A stretch of DNA of 63,117 bases, the filler included, from Choristocarpus tenellus KU-1152 (Eukaryota > Protista > Phaeophyceae): the NCBI GenBank assembly GCA_964200185.2. It is 9 parts of 9 records of this genome, joined end to end, with 100 filler letters (N's around TTAATTAATTAA, not from the genome) between each part and the next. Parts side by side here need not be neighbours in the genome. Positions count along the whole stretch, not along the records: positions 1 to 18,405 come from CAXNAD020000557.1; 8 more parts are not named here. One strand, written 5' to 3'. This document shows positions 1 through 14,100 of this stretch, piece by piece (positions within the stretch are counted from its first letter, which is position 1; every line of letters begins with the position of its first letter). The notes below the pieces were generated by a model. That model was not told the DNA's origin. It saw nothing but the letters and a program-made list of their open reading frames with translations, and searched no databases. Position numbers and translations under genes: made by a program.

Positions 1-2763
1 GTGAAGGCTGTCCAACCCCCGAGAGCTGTCATCGAGGTGTGAGACGTAATGTGTCGCAGGTGTACGCCCATGTTTCATCTCCACATTGAAGGTGGTTGTT
101 GGCGATAGTTTTTTCTGGTCTTGCATCGTTCTATCATGATGTTCGCAGTTTGAGAGAGGGACTGAAGTGAAGAGCTCTTTTAGTGGCATCCTCTCTCGTG
201 TCTTACTAATAATGCTCTTTCTGACTACCTGCCCACTCGATACACTGGACAGGAGGCCACAGATACCCTTGACCTTATAGACCATCTTCTTGGCGTCCTG
301 GGAGCCAACGGGGCGAAGGTTCCCGGCTACATCTTCTTCGATGTGGATGAGACGCTTGTGACGAGGGACACGTGCCTTGTGGACGGCTTCAGGACTACAA
401 AGTGGGTTTGATTAGTATATGGCGACGACCTCTACAAACCCCTGCAATTCTTTGGTGTGCGTTGTGTCGTGCCTCGTCAAACCTGGTAGCAATGCAACTT
501 ATATCTGTGCTTTCAAGGCTTCGTGGATTTCAGCATTGTAGGTAAGGTACAAGTAGGGACATGCTTGTGCAGGTTAAGGGCAGCCTCAGTATGTGAAGCA
601 TATGTACGCAACAGTGGTGACCCTAGAATGAAAGCGGTACACTGATGATATGTGTCAACTGAGTTCCTTCTAGAACCCCATGGGTTGCTGTTTGGTCCTG
701 ACGACGTGTTTTGAGGGATAGCACAGTGGGCCACCTGCTCACACGAAGGCCGCTTGACCTTCTATCACAGAAAGCAGCCTAACTACCTTACAACTTTTTC
801 TGTTGCATCAAAATTTCACTATGCTGGGGATTTACATCTCCCAGGATGCTGATGGCCCGATTGGCGGAGAGGTTAGGCAGGACAAGTGAGGTTTTTCAAG
901 CCATATGCAGGGAGGTGGAGAAAGACTACTACAATGCGGATCCAAGGCTTGTTGACCCACTTTTGGCAAGGTGAGTCAACCCTTACTAGCAGAGGACTGG
1001 TGTTCAGGAACCGCGCTATCGAAAGTATGGTGTTCTGCTCAATTCAAGTTACTGTCCAGTGTCTTGTTGTAACTCAAGCTACACTTACCCACCCCAGTAA
1101 GTCGGTGACTGTGCTTATTCTGAGGAGAAGATTGTTACTGACACCTCCAATGCCGCTTTTCCCGCATCACGTGAGTGACAGACTGGTTGCATGACTCGAC
1201 CACTCTTCCTCTCTTCTCACATCTTCACCCAAATACAACTTTTTGGGGTTTGTCCTCACCTTACTCCAGAGTCATCCGCGCGTTGAAGATTCAGGGTCAC
1301 AAAGTCTTTGCCTTGACATCGAACACAATGGATGACCCGCATACCCAGAAGATCCTCAAGACACTGGCTTCTTACAAGATACGGTAAATGTAACACAATT
1401 GCAGGGTACCAGGAGTTTTGTTTGGGTTGTAAACAATTTGCATCGTGTCTGTTCAATGTAGTCGTATGGTGCTCTTCTCCTAATTTTTTGAAATGGAACG
1501 GCATCGTTCCTCAACACTAACGTCGTCTCCTCTCCAGAAAACTGATGTAGATGATGACCTTGTTTTCATTCAGGCATTCTTTGAGTGACTGGTAGTGCAG
1601 GGGACTTCAACTGTTGTTATGAATCAAATTTGCCTTTGTGATATTTTTCTTACTGATGACGTCATTACTTGGTGCAGGGATAATAAGGAGGCCTTTGCAT
1701 TGGTGTGGAGTGTGTTATCTCAGACTGTCACACATGTGGTTCTTGCAATATTGATCTAGTTTGCAAATCTCAATAGGCATCAATCCACCCTGTATTTGGT
1801 GTTCTTGTATGCCTGACCCACTCTCTTGACTGTTCAGGTAGTTTGTTTCATGCCTGTTTCCTTGTTGTAGATGCATGAAGCATGAGTTCTGCATACTTGC
1901 TGCCCACAACAATTTTTTCTTCCCCCCCAACCCTCTGAGCATTGACTCTTGGACCCAATAAAGTGCATGACCTCCCTAGTTTTTTTTTTTGTGACTGCTG
2001 TCGCCATAGCTACCGCCCACACCTTCTACTTGCCCCATCATGCTCACCCTGTTGCAAGTCCAGTTTTACAAGACCAAGGGTGAAAGGAGAGTTACCTCGC
2101 AGTGGTGCTGTGGTCATGGACCACCCGGTGGTGCATGGAATAATCTTTACAAGTAACCAACAGACATTAGATCATGACAAGGGTGAAGTCATAGCAGAAT
2201 TTGTTGGGCTTACCCTGCGAAATTGTGAGGGTGAGGTTGAGAACCCAGGGGTGGGCGGGGATAGCGCAATTCTTGAGGAGGACGGACAACTTGGATGCGC
2301 TGTAAAGGACGGAATAAATGGATCCTCTAGATCACAAAGGAGAGCATGTTTGCTTGTGGACAACACGGAACACAAGTGTCAGATGGCGGCTGAGTCTTTT
2401 CTGAGGGGCAGAGGAAGGGCTGCAGCCACTGCTTCGGGGCTAGATCTCTATGCAGTGCACTTCACTGAAGCCGAGAACCTGGTGGATTCCCCACATGCAC
2501 GCCTGCAGCTGGAGAAGATACTGGAGCGACTGCGGGCTCAGAATTGCATTGCAAGTGATGTGTTGCCCGATGACTTCTTTGATCCCGTTGTGGAAGTACC
2601 AGTTTGTAGCCGGCTGGGGCAAGGTGGGGGTGAGGGAGCAAGCTTGGTCAATGGAGGTTCACCTGTGATCACACCAAAAGTCAAATCTAGAGCACTAGTT
2701 GATGAGAACAACTTCGAAAATTTAGGAGATCATAGCCACAACAACAATGCTCCACACTCCTAG
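1..2763 (+). CDS. DUF2608-like HAD-superfamily protein, 5'-truncated, at least 5 exons
   Basis: Phase-consistent GT-AG exons 1-36, 253-401, 845-970, 1270-1383, 2064-2763. The spliced protein has YIFFDVDETLV (HAD motif I), KVFALTSN (motif II), HGIIFTSN..DKGEVI (motif III Lys) and CLLVDN (motif IV), in the order and spacing typical of DUF2608. Exon 1-36 is the least certain. Confidence 0.75.
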
Positions 2764-5406
2764 ATGGTGACATCTGAGATATGGGAGGAGGTAGGATGTA
2801 AATATATATTTATATTTATTTTCAGGCTATCATTTGTCTTATTGGTAGAAGGCCATTTCCCAAGGATCGACCTAGGACTAGATTGCTACAAGGGTGCAGG
2901 TTTGTAGGAATCATTGGCAAACTTAGATTGTAGTGATTGCTAAGAAATTGAGGGCTTTTGCTGTCTAAATGTGGAACCTTGATCTACTTCCCCGGTCACA
3001 TTCTCTTTAGTGCTGTATAAATGGCCAAACGATTTCATCCAATTGCGTTAATGTGCAGAGTCATTTTACACTCCGTTCATTCCCTCTTGACCCTCCTGAT
3101 CAATTCCATCCTGCCTTAACCCTCATTCAAACTGCAGCGGAAACCGCTCATGGTAGAGCTGAATTTTTATTTTTTTTCCTGTTGATTGCATACGCTGGAT
3201 GTGTGACGGGGTTGAAGGGACCTATAGACTACCGCTTACAAACTACGTAGATATTCTTCCATTTAAAAGAATTAAATTTGTTGTATATATCTTTTGTACA
3301 GGAAGCCGATCAAGCAAGGCAGGTCTGTTACTACGTTCGCTGTGCTCTCTTACAACATCTATCTGCAAAGGGCCAAGGGTTAAAAAAAAGAAGAAAGCAC
3401 ACCTGTTATTTGAATGATCCTCAAAATTTTGTTTTGTGTACCTACAATTGCGATGAATTCGCCACAATGACTGCTATCAAATACCAAATAGCACTCAAAA
3501 TTTACAGTACTTAATACTACCGAGAGTTGGACTGTTCAACTATTGAAAACAAGGAGATGGAAAGAAACCATGTGACTCCACGGTGAATGTATGAGGTACC
3601 CAGATTTTGGGCATGTATCACTCGGAGTCTGTTTTCGATCTTTGCAATTCACCGATATTTCCATTGATGTTCTAAGTTTGACTTGAGAGCATTTACTTTC
3701 GTGTTGCTTGAAACTTTTCTGACATTATTCAGAAAACCCTAACCCTGTACACGTTTGTCACTGGGTATGTCTCACTTACTTTGACTCAGGAAGAAATAGG
3801 TAATACACGGTATGTGCTTCAAAGTACGTTGTCAAAGAATTATGAACACTGATTGTTCTCATTTCTGTTAAAACCAACAGCATTACACTATTTTACAAGG
3901 GACTACTTAACCACTATCAGTCAAGACTTACGGTATGATAGAGGATGAGAAGAATCAGTACGAAAAGTTGTATGTCCAACTTATAGAAGGACACTTCGTA
4001 TCAGTTTTCAGCCTACAAGTATCTGCTTTATGTTGATAAATTGGAAGTATTTTTGGGGTTGAAGTCATAGATGAATGTTCAATCAGGTAACTTAAATAAA
4101 TTCTACTGCAGTCAAAATGTAAGTGAACTGTACAAATGGAATTGTGCGAAAGGTGTTCTCGGCATGCAGAGCAACTCATGTGCATTTGGTTAACAAAAAC
4201 AATTCAACATCAACCTTGTTGTGAATCAAAAACAATTGGTGAAAACACTATTTCAATCTGCATCAATGATTGAACATTTTGATTCTTGTGTTTCATGCGA
4301 GTGTGTGTTATGCGCTCTACGCATGGAGATTGGTGATTCGCCAACTTGATTCATGTGCTCCATGTACATTTGGATTGTAAACAAGTACATCGAAATTCGA
4401 GTGAATTTCACTCCTATTCATAATAAGCGCTTTTGATTCTCAACCAAAACATGAAAGTCTAAGTGATGCTCAAAGTTGGCGTAACATAAGGATCAAAGGT
4501 TGTGTGTACGTACCAACTCATGATCATGTGGCGAGTCCAAACCAATAAGAGATGGAGACACTACTTCAACCTTGGAGTCCATAGGCTGTAATTACAACCC
4601 AATTCTAGCATTTTGCTGGTTCTCAGCACATCAAATATATTCCTGTTCATTGGGGTTATGGAATAAAACCTCGGTTCACAGCACTAGTTAGGATCAAAAA
4701 GGCACAATGAACACACCACAGAAGCCACTACCTAAAAAACCTAACGTATTTGCTTGTCCAACTTACCATCCCTGCTCCTGAGGAGCTTTCAAATGAGAAG
4801 CCTCTTCAAGACTTGTCCGCAATCTCTATTCCGAAAAGATTCCAAGTAGCACACAAAACACAAAACACCAGCAAGCTTACCAAAGACACTACAGCTTACT
4901 TACTAAACGCAAGCACATACTATTTCCTTCATGGAGGCTGGATAGTATACACTGACCAGCATGCATCTCCACAACACTTACACTCTCAAAAGCAATACAT
5001 CCAAAATACAAAAAACAGGGCAGGTAGCTGATTGTGCACAAAACAACTGCCTGAACTAGGTACAGAAAGAGAATAGAAGGCAATGACTCTGATCCGTTTC
5101 CCACCCAAGTTGCTGAACTCCTGCCTGATGGTGTTCCTCTACCTTCGGATATATTTGGAGCCCAGAGACATCAGACCAACAACTTCAACCAGAGTAGTGT
5201 AATGTACGCAACTACTAAAGAGGTTCAGTAAATCACAAGGAACTTCACTGTAACGTATGTCTAGCTACATGTCCCATCACCATGCAGTCTCATCCTGACT
5301 CCAATCCAACACCAAGTAAGGTCAACATCATGACTTGCTCATTCAATGGCTACTAAAGATCCCAGTGAGGTTGACCTATTTCTTCACCAGAAACAAAAGT
5401 CAGTAT

Positions 5407-8400
5407 TCAACCATCTAGAAGTTCAGCTCGATCAAGGTCTGGCTTGACAATGCGGGCACTCCCAATAAGCCTCTCTGGCAGCTCATCCATGCTCTCCCCC
5501 TATCAAGGTAGGGCAGGCAGTGTCACAGTGGGTTTGGGGGAGAGGGTTCGCGGACACCATGTTACTCTGATGCTATGGGTATACTGCAAGTAAGCACACG
5601 TGTGTGTCACAACTAATACCTCACTTGCTGGCACTATTCCGCAGTAATCCAGTTACCCTGCATCACACACTGCTGAGGTCATCCTGAGCAGCCTTCCCCA
5701 GTACCCCATAAAACACACACACATACTGCGCAAAATATGTCAACACTGCGTACATATTTAATATGTACATATTTCATCAGGGATAAGCAAGATCAACACA
5801 CAATCCGCTCAGTCTTATCTACTAATCATAGGGGGGAAAGAGAGAGCAATGAGAGAATTAGGGTAGGGAAGGCAACGAGGTCATAGTCAATCTTCACAAA
5901 AAGAGGCAAGGTGATAAAATTCACAATACCCACCCTCTTCCCATACTCCCTCGATGCCTTCGACAACATTGCAATAAAAATAATGCCCTTACTCACACTC
6001 CCTGACCTACCCTAGCAAAGCAGAAATGATGCGTAAGTGGTCATCAAAACAAGGCAAACTTTCATATTGTACATCACATCATTTCCCCCCCTCCCCCCCT
6101 CCCCCAATGTCCCCTGTCCTGTCCCCCCCCTGGAACACCTAACAAACCCGCAATCCAAAAGCCCAAACCAGGGAAAAGTTCTTGGCACAGCTACTGGCCA
6201 GATGTGTTGCATTGCTTGCCAAGACATTGGACCCCACATCAATGTCTGCTTCCAGATAGCCAGGCCTAGACCATACATGAGTGGTGGAAATGTAGGGCAA
6301 TGGAGGGATGGGGAGGGGGCAGGGGGTAAAGAAGCAGTAGCTGATTGCACGGGGGGCAATGCAATGGATAAAAGTGACATTCAAAGTGACATTCAAAGTG
6401 ATATTCTAACTGTTAGGTTCAGGATATCAGAACAAGGGGGAAAGGACATTCATACCAGGACAACACGTGTTGAATTGAATTTGAACCATTGCATTACGTC
6501 CCAAGAAAAAAAACAGCAGTACTTTGCTCAAATCCTGCACTTTCTACTCACTCTACCTCAGTCTGCACACATACGCTCAAAGGCAAGGAAAGAGGCACCC
6601 TCAAAATGTAAAGAATACTATGGTTGCAATGGTCAAATAGTACCAGTCATTGTAGTCACATTACATACACGCCTCACAATTACACTGTCAATTGACATCA
6701 GAAAAAAAAAGAGGTGGAGAGCTCTCCCACATGCACACCCCACACCCAACCTGAACCCTGGAAATGCTTCCTTCCAAATCATAGGACTAAAGGATTGATA
6801 GACAGCACATCCTCCAAAATCGCACAAGTGCATTGAATACATCAAAAGCTATACTCTCCCCACCCCAAACGACACCTTCGGAAGAACCGGGCAGTCAGGC
6901 GGTGACCAATCACACACGGCTTCCCAATAGCCTTCCGGACAAGGAAAGGACCTTCCACCACACTTGGAAACATCTTGAGGCGATTGTTGCGCAGGTCATC
7001 AGAAGGGAGACCCCCGTCTAGATCCAGGTCAATGTACCTAAGATAATCGATCAGGGATGGGGTCAGGGCACTATTCAACGATGTCAGTTGACATCAGAAT
7101 AAATGGAACTATTCAACACTCGAGGTCCAAGTCTCATTTCACCCTTGTAGACAAGTGGCTTGTTATCGCCACTGCTGTTGGAAGTGCGATTTATCTGACA
7201 GTTACTATGACGTTGGGTGGAAGCAACACCCAATCACAATCATGTACTCATGTACTCAAGTAATCGTAACCTACACATTCATCATAACAATAGTATAAAA
7301 TATATTTTTACATATTTAACTTCCTCCAGTATCATATGTGTTTTTACATGTGCAACCAAAAAGGTCACTTCAACCAAGGATGATTAAACACCTGCAGCAC
7401 ATTCTCGAAATGCACGCCATTAATTATAGTGTGGAAAATATATTTCACAATAATTCAATAGTATGTAAGCTGCAGGTCTCATGAGGCATTTGCCATTCAA
7501 AATGCTACTATAGAGCACTGTGTTCACCTACCAACAAGTGCACTGCATCTGAAAATACTTTCTTAGTGTGGCAGACAACTCATTAGATAAACTCACCTGG
7601 TGCACTCAATGTGCTTTGAGGTTAGAATACAATCTTCATCATCTACCCAATCCAGGAATTGATCCACTGCAGTCTACGGCCCATTCCTAATAACATCTTT
7701 TTACATTATCAACATTTCCTATTTTGCCAACATTTCAAAGTATACATCTCTCTCTCTCTCTCTCTCTCTCTCTGGTGTACTATCTATTTTAATACCAACA
7801 ATTAATAGCACCAATATCGATATTTAATACCAACAATTAATACCATCACAGAATAGTTTTGCTCCTCTCGCAATTTCTAACTCTAACCCTAACCCTAACC
7901 CTAACCAATCATAAATTCTCACACTTGTAGGGGCTCCAAATTGAAATAATCACACAGGATTTACACTGCCTCCACGGCAATGTACAGATGATTTGTTCTA
8001 TAAAATGGTCCACACACGACCACTCTTCAGTGCGCATAGAGTACTAGCCGTAGGCGAACAACACATCCCACAGAATTATCACAAGTACAAATGATCTACC
8101 ATGTCAGACACTTCACTCCGCATAGAGCTAGCTGTACAATGATCTACCCAACAAGAGTCTGATTTGCCTCTTCCGACACATCAAACACAATAAATACATT
8201 GCCATTATTCAAAACCACACCACTGTACACAATCATACAGGTGTGTTTTCAACCAAGTGTGTAGTGAACCACCCCTCTATGATTGCAAACACATACACAC
8301 ACATACACACAGACCTTGTAAACAGACGGACAAACTTGGCATCATCTGGGGGAAGATCCCCTGCCGTCAATGCCTGCTGGGCCTCCTTCAAACGCATCCC

Positions 8401-8760
8401 CCAGCAGAGAACCAGACTGTATGCCTTGTCCCCTGGAATCTGTAGCATATACCAGACCAAGGAGTGATAAGATCGTTTCATATTTCACAAAACCTTACAC
8501 ATAAATCTATCTGCACCTGCATTGAACCTCCATCCTCCACAGCCTGTTTGCATGGGCACTAGGTGCTTCCGACTATAGCCCTCACACGATGCTGACATGT
8601 CTTGGCATGGCGTGGAATAGTTTGTATCATCGTGTCTCACCTGCACATTCACCACAAAGAGGAATGGGGGACGATTGCCTCCAAGAAGAGCCTGTACTCT
8701 GTCTTGCATGCGCCCCTGTGCACAGATATGGTCTACTCGGAACAGATGATGCCTGGATGG

Positions 8761-8806
<46 letters not shown>

Positions 8807-11062
8807 GTGAATACATTGAAATAGTCATCCAATTGATCTACACAATATAAACCCAAAGTGTACCGCAAATATGTAGACAGTTGAGTAATTCTCAGAAAGC
8901 AAATACTTCAAATATTTCAACTACCAACCCTAACCCTAACCCTAATCCTAAGCAACACCAGAAAGTACAACAAAAAACTAGATCATATTGATCCATTGCA
9001 ACACATATGTCATGCTTCCTATATGAATTGCTTCTTATTTTTAGTACAACAGCAACACACTCCAACCATCACAACAAACTATTATACTATACTACTACAT
9101 TACAACGTAATGATTACAGTGCAGTTCACTTTAGGGTTAGGGACATATTTCACAAACTTGGAGCGACTCATGAGTTAATTTACACAATCAATACCCACAG
9201 CCCACACGACACAACAATAAAAAACGCCTGACAGTACAATATAACATAGTATGAGGCTCACTTATGTCCATCAATGCGGAAGAGATCAGCACGTAAGAGA
9301 GCAGCAAACGCTGGACCAGCATGAGCCTTTCGCCCGTTAGTGAGGTAAGTGGCACTCCTGGTTCGCAGATGGTGGGTCATCCCTGAATGCAAGATTGTGT
9401 GTAGTGCAAAGGTCTTTGAGAGTTGTCAATGAGTGCATCTTTGCCATGCCTACATTAGGTCCTCACACCCATGCTCACGGTGCGAATCTAACGTTCTCTA
9501 TGCTATGTTATCATTCACTCACCTAAGTACATTTATACACTTGTGGAGGAATAAACATAGTGTCATTGTCCCCCCCCAAAAAAACAAACACACACACAAA
9601 AAAAAAACGTATCTCCAGTAAAAATTTATATCAAAGTGCCTCATAGCATTCAGTTGTCTCACATACTCTTTGCACACATCACACCCCTCAAGGGTGATAC
9701 ATACATACATACATACATACATAAATACATGCATTAACACTGCCCCAAACATGCCACAAGACACCAGATAACACACTCTCACAAGCCAAGGGTATCTATT
9801 AATATCTATTGATGTATTGATGTACTAGTACCTGAGTCAATGAACATCTCCTCGAGTCCTGGGGATGTGAGAGGCACTGTTGCTGGAGACAACGCCATCT
9901 GATGCAGAGGGATACAGGGGCAAAAAAAACAAGTACATAGAAACTAAACTTGACAACGCTTAAAATCATCTTGAAGTGTAAAATCCAAAAGCCGTGGCAC
10001 CAATAGATCAACTTGAAGCATTAGAATTCTTTGAAAAAGATAGTAGATACAAATCAAAATAACTAGCACCTCACTTAGCACCACAGAACATTGTAAGAGG
10101 TCCTTGTTGCAGCTGGAAAGAACAGATTGTTGAAAGTGTAACTAGATGTGCATATAAAATATGTTACAGATCTCTGTTAGGTTTAACAGTTAGATTTAAC
10201 AATGTTTGACAAGAATGAGAAGTAGAACGATGCAACTGAACCCCACTACAAAGGGAAGTATCACGGCATTCATGGGGTGTTGCATAGCACCAGGATGGCA
10301 TCACACACAGGTGACAAGTCAGAGAGCTCTTTTCGTGCAGGCCTTCACAAGTAGCCAGAGAGTATGTTTGCCGGATATTCCATTTAGGGGACAAAACGGG
10401 GCCAACCCATCAACACCATCTATTCAACCTAATATCAACACCCTATCCAAACATAACATACAAAATATTGAAAGTGATAAAACCATTATATCACATATTC
10501 GCACATGGTGTCAGAGGGAAATGAAGTTAGAGGACACAGAAAATACAACGATAGCATTCCGCGTTGTTTGCAACAAAGACCTGTTTGACACCTATGCAAC
10601 AGGTGCCGCATCGCCATCTGCAGCCACAATTAGACACAATTAGACACAGTTAGGCACAATTAGACACAATTAGGCACAGCTGATGTAAAGGCACTACACA
10701 CATACGCAGAAACTGATTGAAGCACTCCTAGAGCTTGTCAGGTATTTCCTTGCCCGCCAGCCCAGTGTCTCCATCTTACAGTGCAGGACACACCTTGACA
10801 ACCCTAAACCTCACCCTATGAGGGAAAATGAGGATAATACAGAATGGTTAGTCCATGTTTCTTATCACCCCTACCCAAAAACTATCCAATAACTATCTAA
10901 ATCTTCCAGGGCCCATAACAAGAACTGAACAACCACTTGCTTTCACAGGACAAAATCGAAACTTCACCTAACCGAAGACTACACCACAACACAACAAAGA
11001 TAATAATAGTAATGGTAATAGTAAAAATATTATGATTAATAATAATAACAATAGTAATAGTA

Positions 11063-11103
<41 letters not shown>

Positions 11104-14100
11104 GTCTACAAAACTAAATTCTTGCACTAATATCTCCCTCTCGCCCATTTGAAGTTCAGTTGAGACTAGGCAATTGCCGGTCAATTGTCTGTCCATGGCA
11201 TCACCATCAAAACATCCAACAACTAAACACCTGCACACCAACCTACCTGTTTTGATTGTGGACTGGTCATTTGTCCGCTCCCACCCTCGAGATCACTATT
11301 GTCATCCTCCTCAAACTCCTGTTACAATATCCATGCATCATATCCATGCCATCACCAACCACAGTGTAACAGGTTGGACACATCAACATGAGGAGAGTCA
11401 GTCAGGTATAAAAATATTAATAGCACCATCTTACTACAGTACGAGGGAGATGCCCTGCTAGTGTATGTACAGTACAAATGGGGACAAAACAATGATTTTA
11501 AGGTATACCCTGTGCAAAGGACACTACTGATAATATAGTAAAATTGGAAATACTGTGGACCTCAGCCAATCAGAGAGTAAGATTAAGCCATTGGAACCAA
11601 TCAGGGGATGCAAACTCTCACACTATCTCAGCAGTTGTAGGTTTTCAAATACGCCCCACCCCCAACCCCCCATGCGAATATTGCATTACATTAAATGAAG
11701 CGATATCACAGCTCTTGCAGTGAGCCTCAGCCAATCAGAGAGCAAGATTAAGCCATTGGAACCAATCAGGGGATGCAAACTCTCACAAAATCTCGGTAGT
11801 TGTAGGATGTCATACTTCAAAAATGCTCTAGTTAATCACTCCCAAACTACTTCAAAAATTGAAGTAGCCTGGTTGTGGTACTGTTCTCAATCAAAAGAGT
11901 TGGTACTGATTGCATGTGTGCTACCAATTTATCTGTGAGAAAAAAAAGAGTAATTTTAATATTTCTGTGAGAAAAAAAAGAGGTGCATGTATCAACACTC
12001 CCACTAAAAACCCACTTTTTTTATTAACCAACATTTCTAGCTCCCTTTAGATATTTAAATAAATCATATTTGGGACTACTCAAATAAAATAGTTGGCCCT
12101 CCTTCAACAGGGACCACAGTCTCAAGTTATGATAACTAACATCAACTCTAACCCTAACGTTATACATACACATAAACAGTATGATTCTTTTTGAAAAAAA
12201 ACAACTAAGAAGAGGGGGTTTTGACCCTTCAAACGAATTTTGTGCAATGTACATAAATAAAAAATAAATAAATTGCCTGTAACTGAAATAAATAAAAAAT
12301 AACCCCCCTTAGAAGGGTGTTGATGTGGAAGATTTGTAAGACTCAAACATGAACATGAACAGGAACAGGAACATTATGTGTTGAAAATACATGCACATGC
12401 ACTATAAGGCAGTCATAGAGGCCCTTGAAACTCAGTGACACACCCTTCCAAGATGGTATCACTTCTAGCCTGGTTTTAGACCCTTCATTTTCACACTGCA
12501 ATAGCTACACAGCTTGCATTAAATACCTAGGGACTATTTGTAGTAGTACTATAGTAACTAGTACTACTACCCCTAATTTTAGGGCCTTTTAAAATACATA
12601 AATAACCTACAATACTGGCAGATATTCACAGCACCTTTCAACAACACCAAACACACTCTGCAGAAAGAGACACCAACAAAAATGTCACTACCATTCCAAC
12701 AAACTTCCAAACTCCACCAACAAACTCAGCTAGTAAACTCAGCTAGTACTATGACGAACAACAAGTACAACTAACAGCTAGTACTATAACTACAAAACCC
12801 CACATATCAAAACCCCACATATCAAAACCCCACATATCAAAACCCCACATATCAAAACCCCACATATCAAAACTTCCACCCCACACCACATGCCTCTCCT
12901 GCAACACAGCCTTCACCCTCATCCCAACCAACAAACACACTGCACCATCATAGCCCAAGCCTTAGCTGCCAAGCCACTAAACAGTAAAAAGGCTATACTG
13001 CTGCTCACCTCAGCCATGTCATGAGCATCCAATGTGTCTGCAAGAGTGACATCCAACTTATGTAGCCGTGCCACCCCCAGCATCACCTCTGGAAGCTCTT
13101 GTTCTGCTTCCCCCTTGAGGAAACAAAAATTGGACAGTCATCAACGACTGACACTCCAGTAGCACTACAAGTATACAATCACTACTCCAGTAGCACTACT
13201 CAGTGAATGTAAGATAACTGTGACACAGAAAGAGTTAAAATATGATGCAAAAAAGAGTAAAACGTGATACACAAAGAGTTAAAATATGATATGATTCAGA
13301 CCTCTCGATTTAATTGGACACGAACAAAATCACTTCTAATCCTAACCCTAACCCTCAACAAAGCATACCCAAGTTAGTGAGGATGAGCAAAAAAAAAGGT
13401 GTAATTATCCGTGTGACAGTCATGGACATATCCCAAGGACATCTAGCATGCCCCCAGTGCACCCTGAGAGGGCATGCTTAGAGGGCAAGGTAGCCCGTCT
13501 TTGAGTCAAGATTCTATCCAGGTCAACCTCAAGCAACCAAATTATTTTTAAAAAAGTCAGAAGAATAAAACCTCCAATTTGGGTTTGCTTTCTTCAACCA
13601 TGGATCAAATCAAACCAAACAATATCCTACCCTTTCAGCACCATCAAAACAAGGTGTACCTCATGCTGACACAAAGGTGCATGCAATGTCACCAACAAGT
13701 CAACCCGTACAGTTTTGAGTTTGAAGCAATTCTCAACAAATGCTTTTTTTTTCCATCACTGACGGGGGGTTATCTCAACCTGATTAATCACATTGTTAAG
13801 TAATGAACCTTAGATCTAATTAATCACATTGTTAATTAATAAACCTTAGATCTAATTAATCACATTGTTAATTAATAAACCTTAGATCTAATTAATCACA
13901 TTGTTAATTAATAAACCTTAGATCTAATTAATCGCATTGTTAATTAATAAACCTTAGATCTAATTAATCACATTGTTAATTAATAAACCTTAGATCTAAT
14001 TAATCACATTGTTAATTAATAAACCTTAGATCTAATTAATCACATTGTTAATTAATGAACCTTAGATCTAATTAATCGCATTGTTAATGAATAAACCTTA

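Noticed and set aside
2800-5400. Short ORFs between the converging DUF2608 and DUF1336 genes
   Set aside because: No consistent exon chain or domain; probably UTR or decayed repeat.
6037-6798. 253-aa plus-strand ORF
   Set aside because: It is antisense to a DUF1336 exon and intron, and has no recognisable motif.
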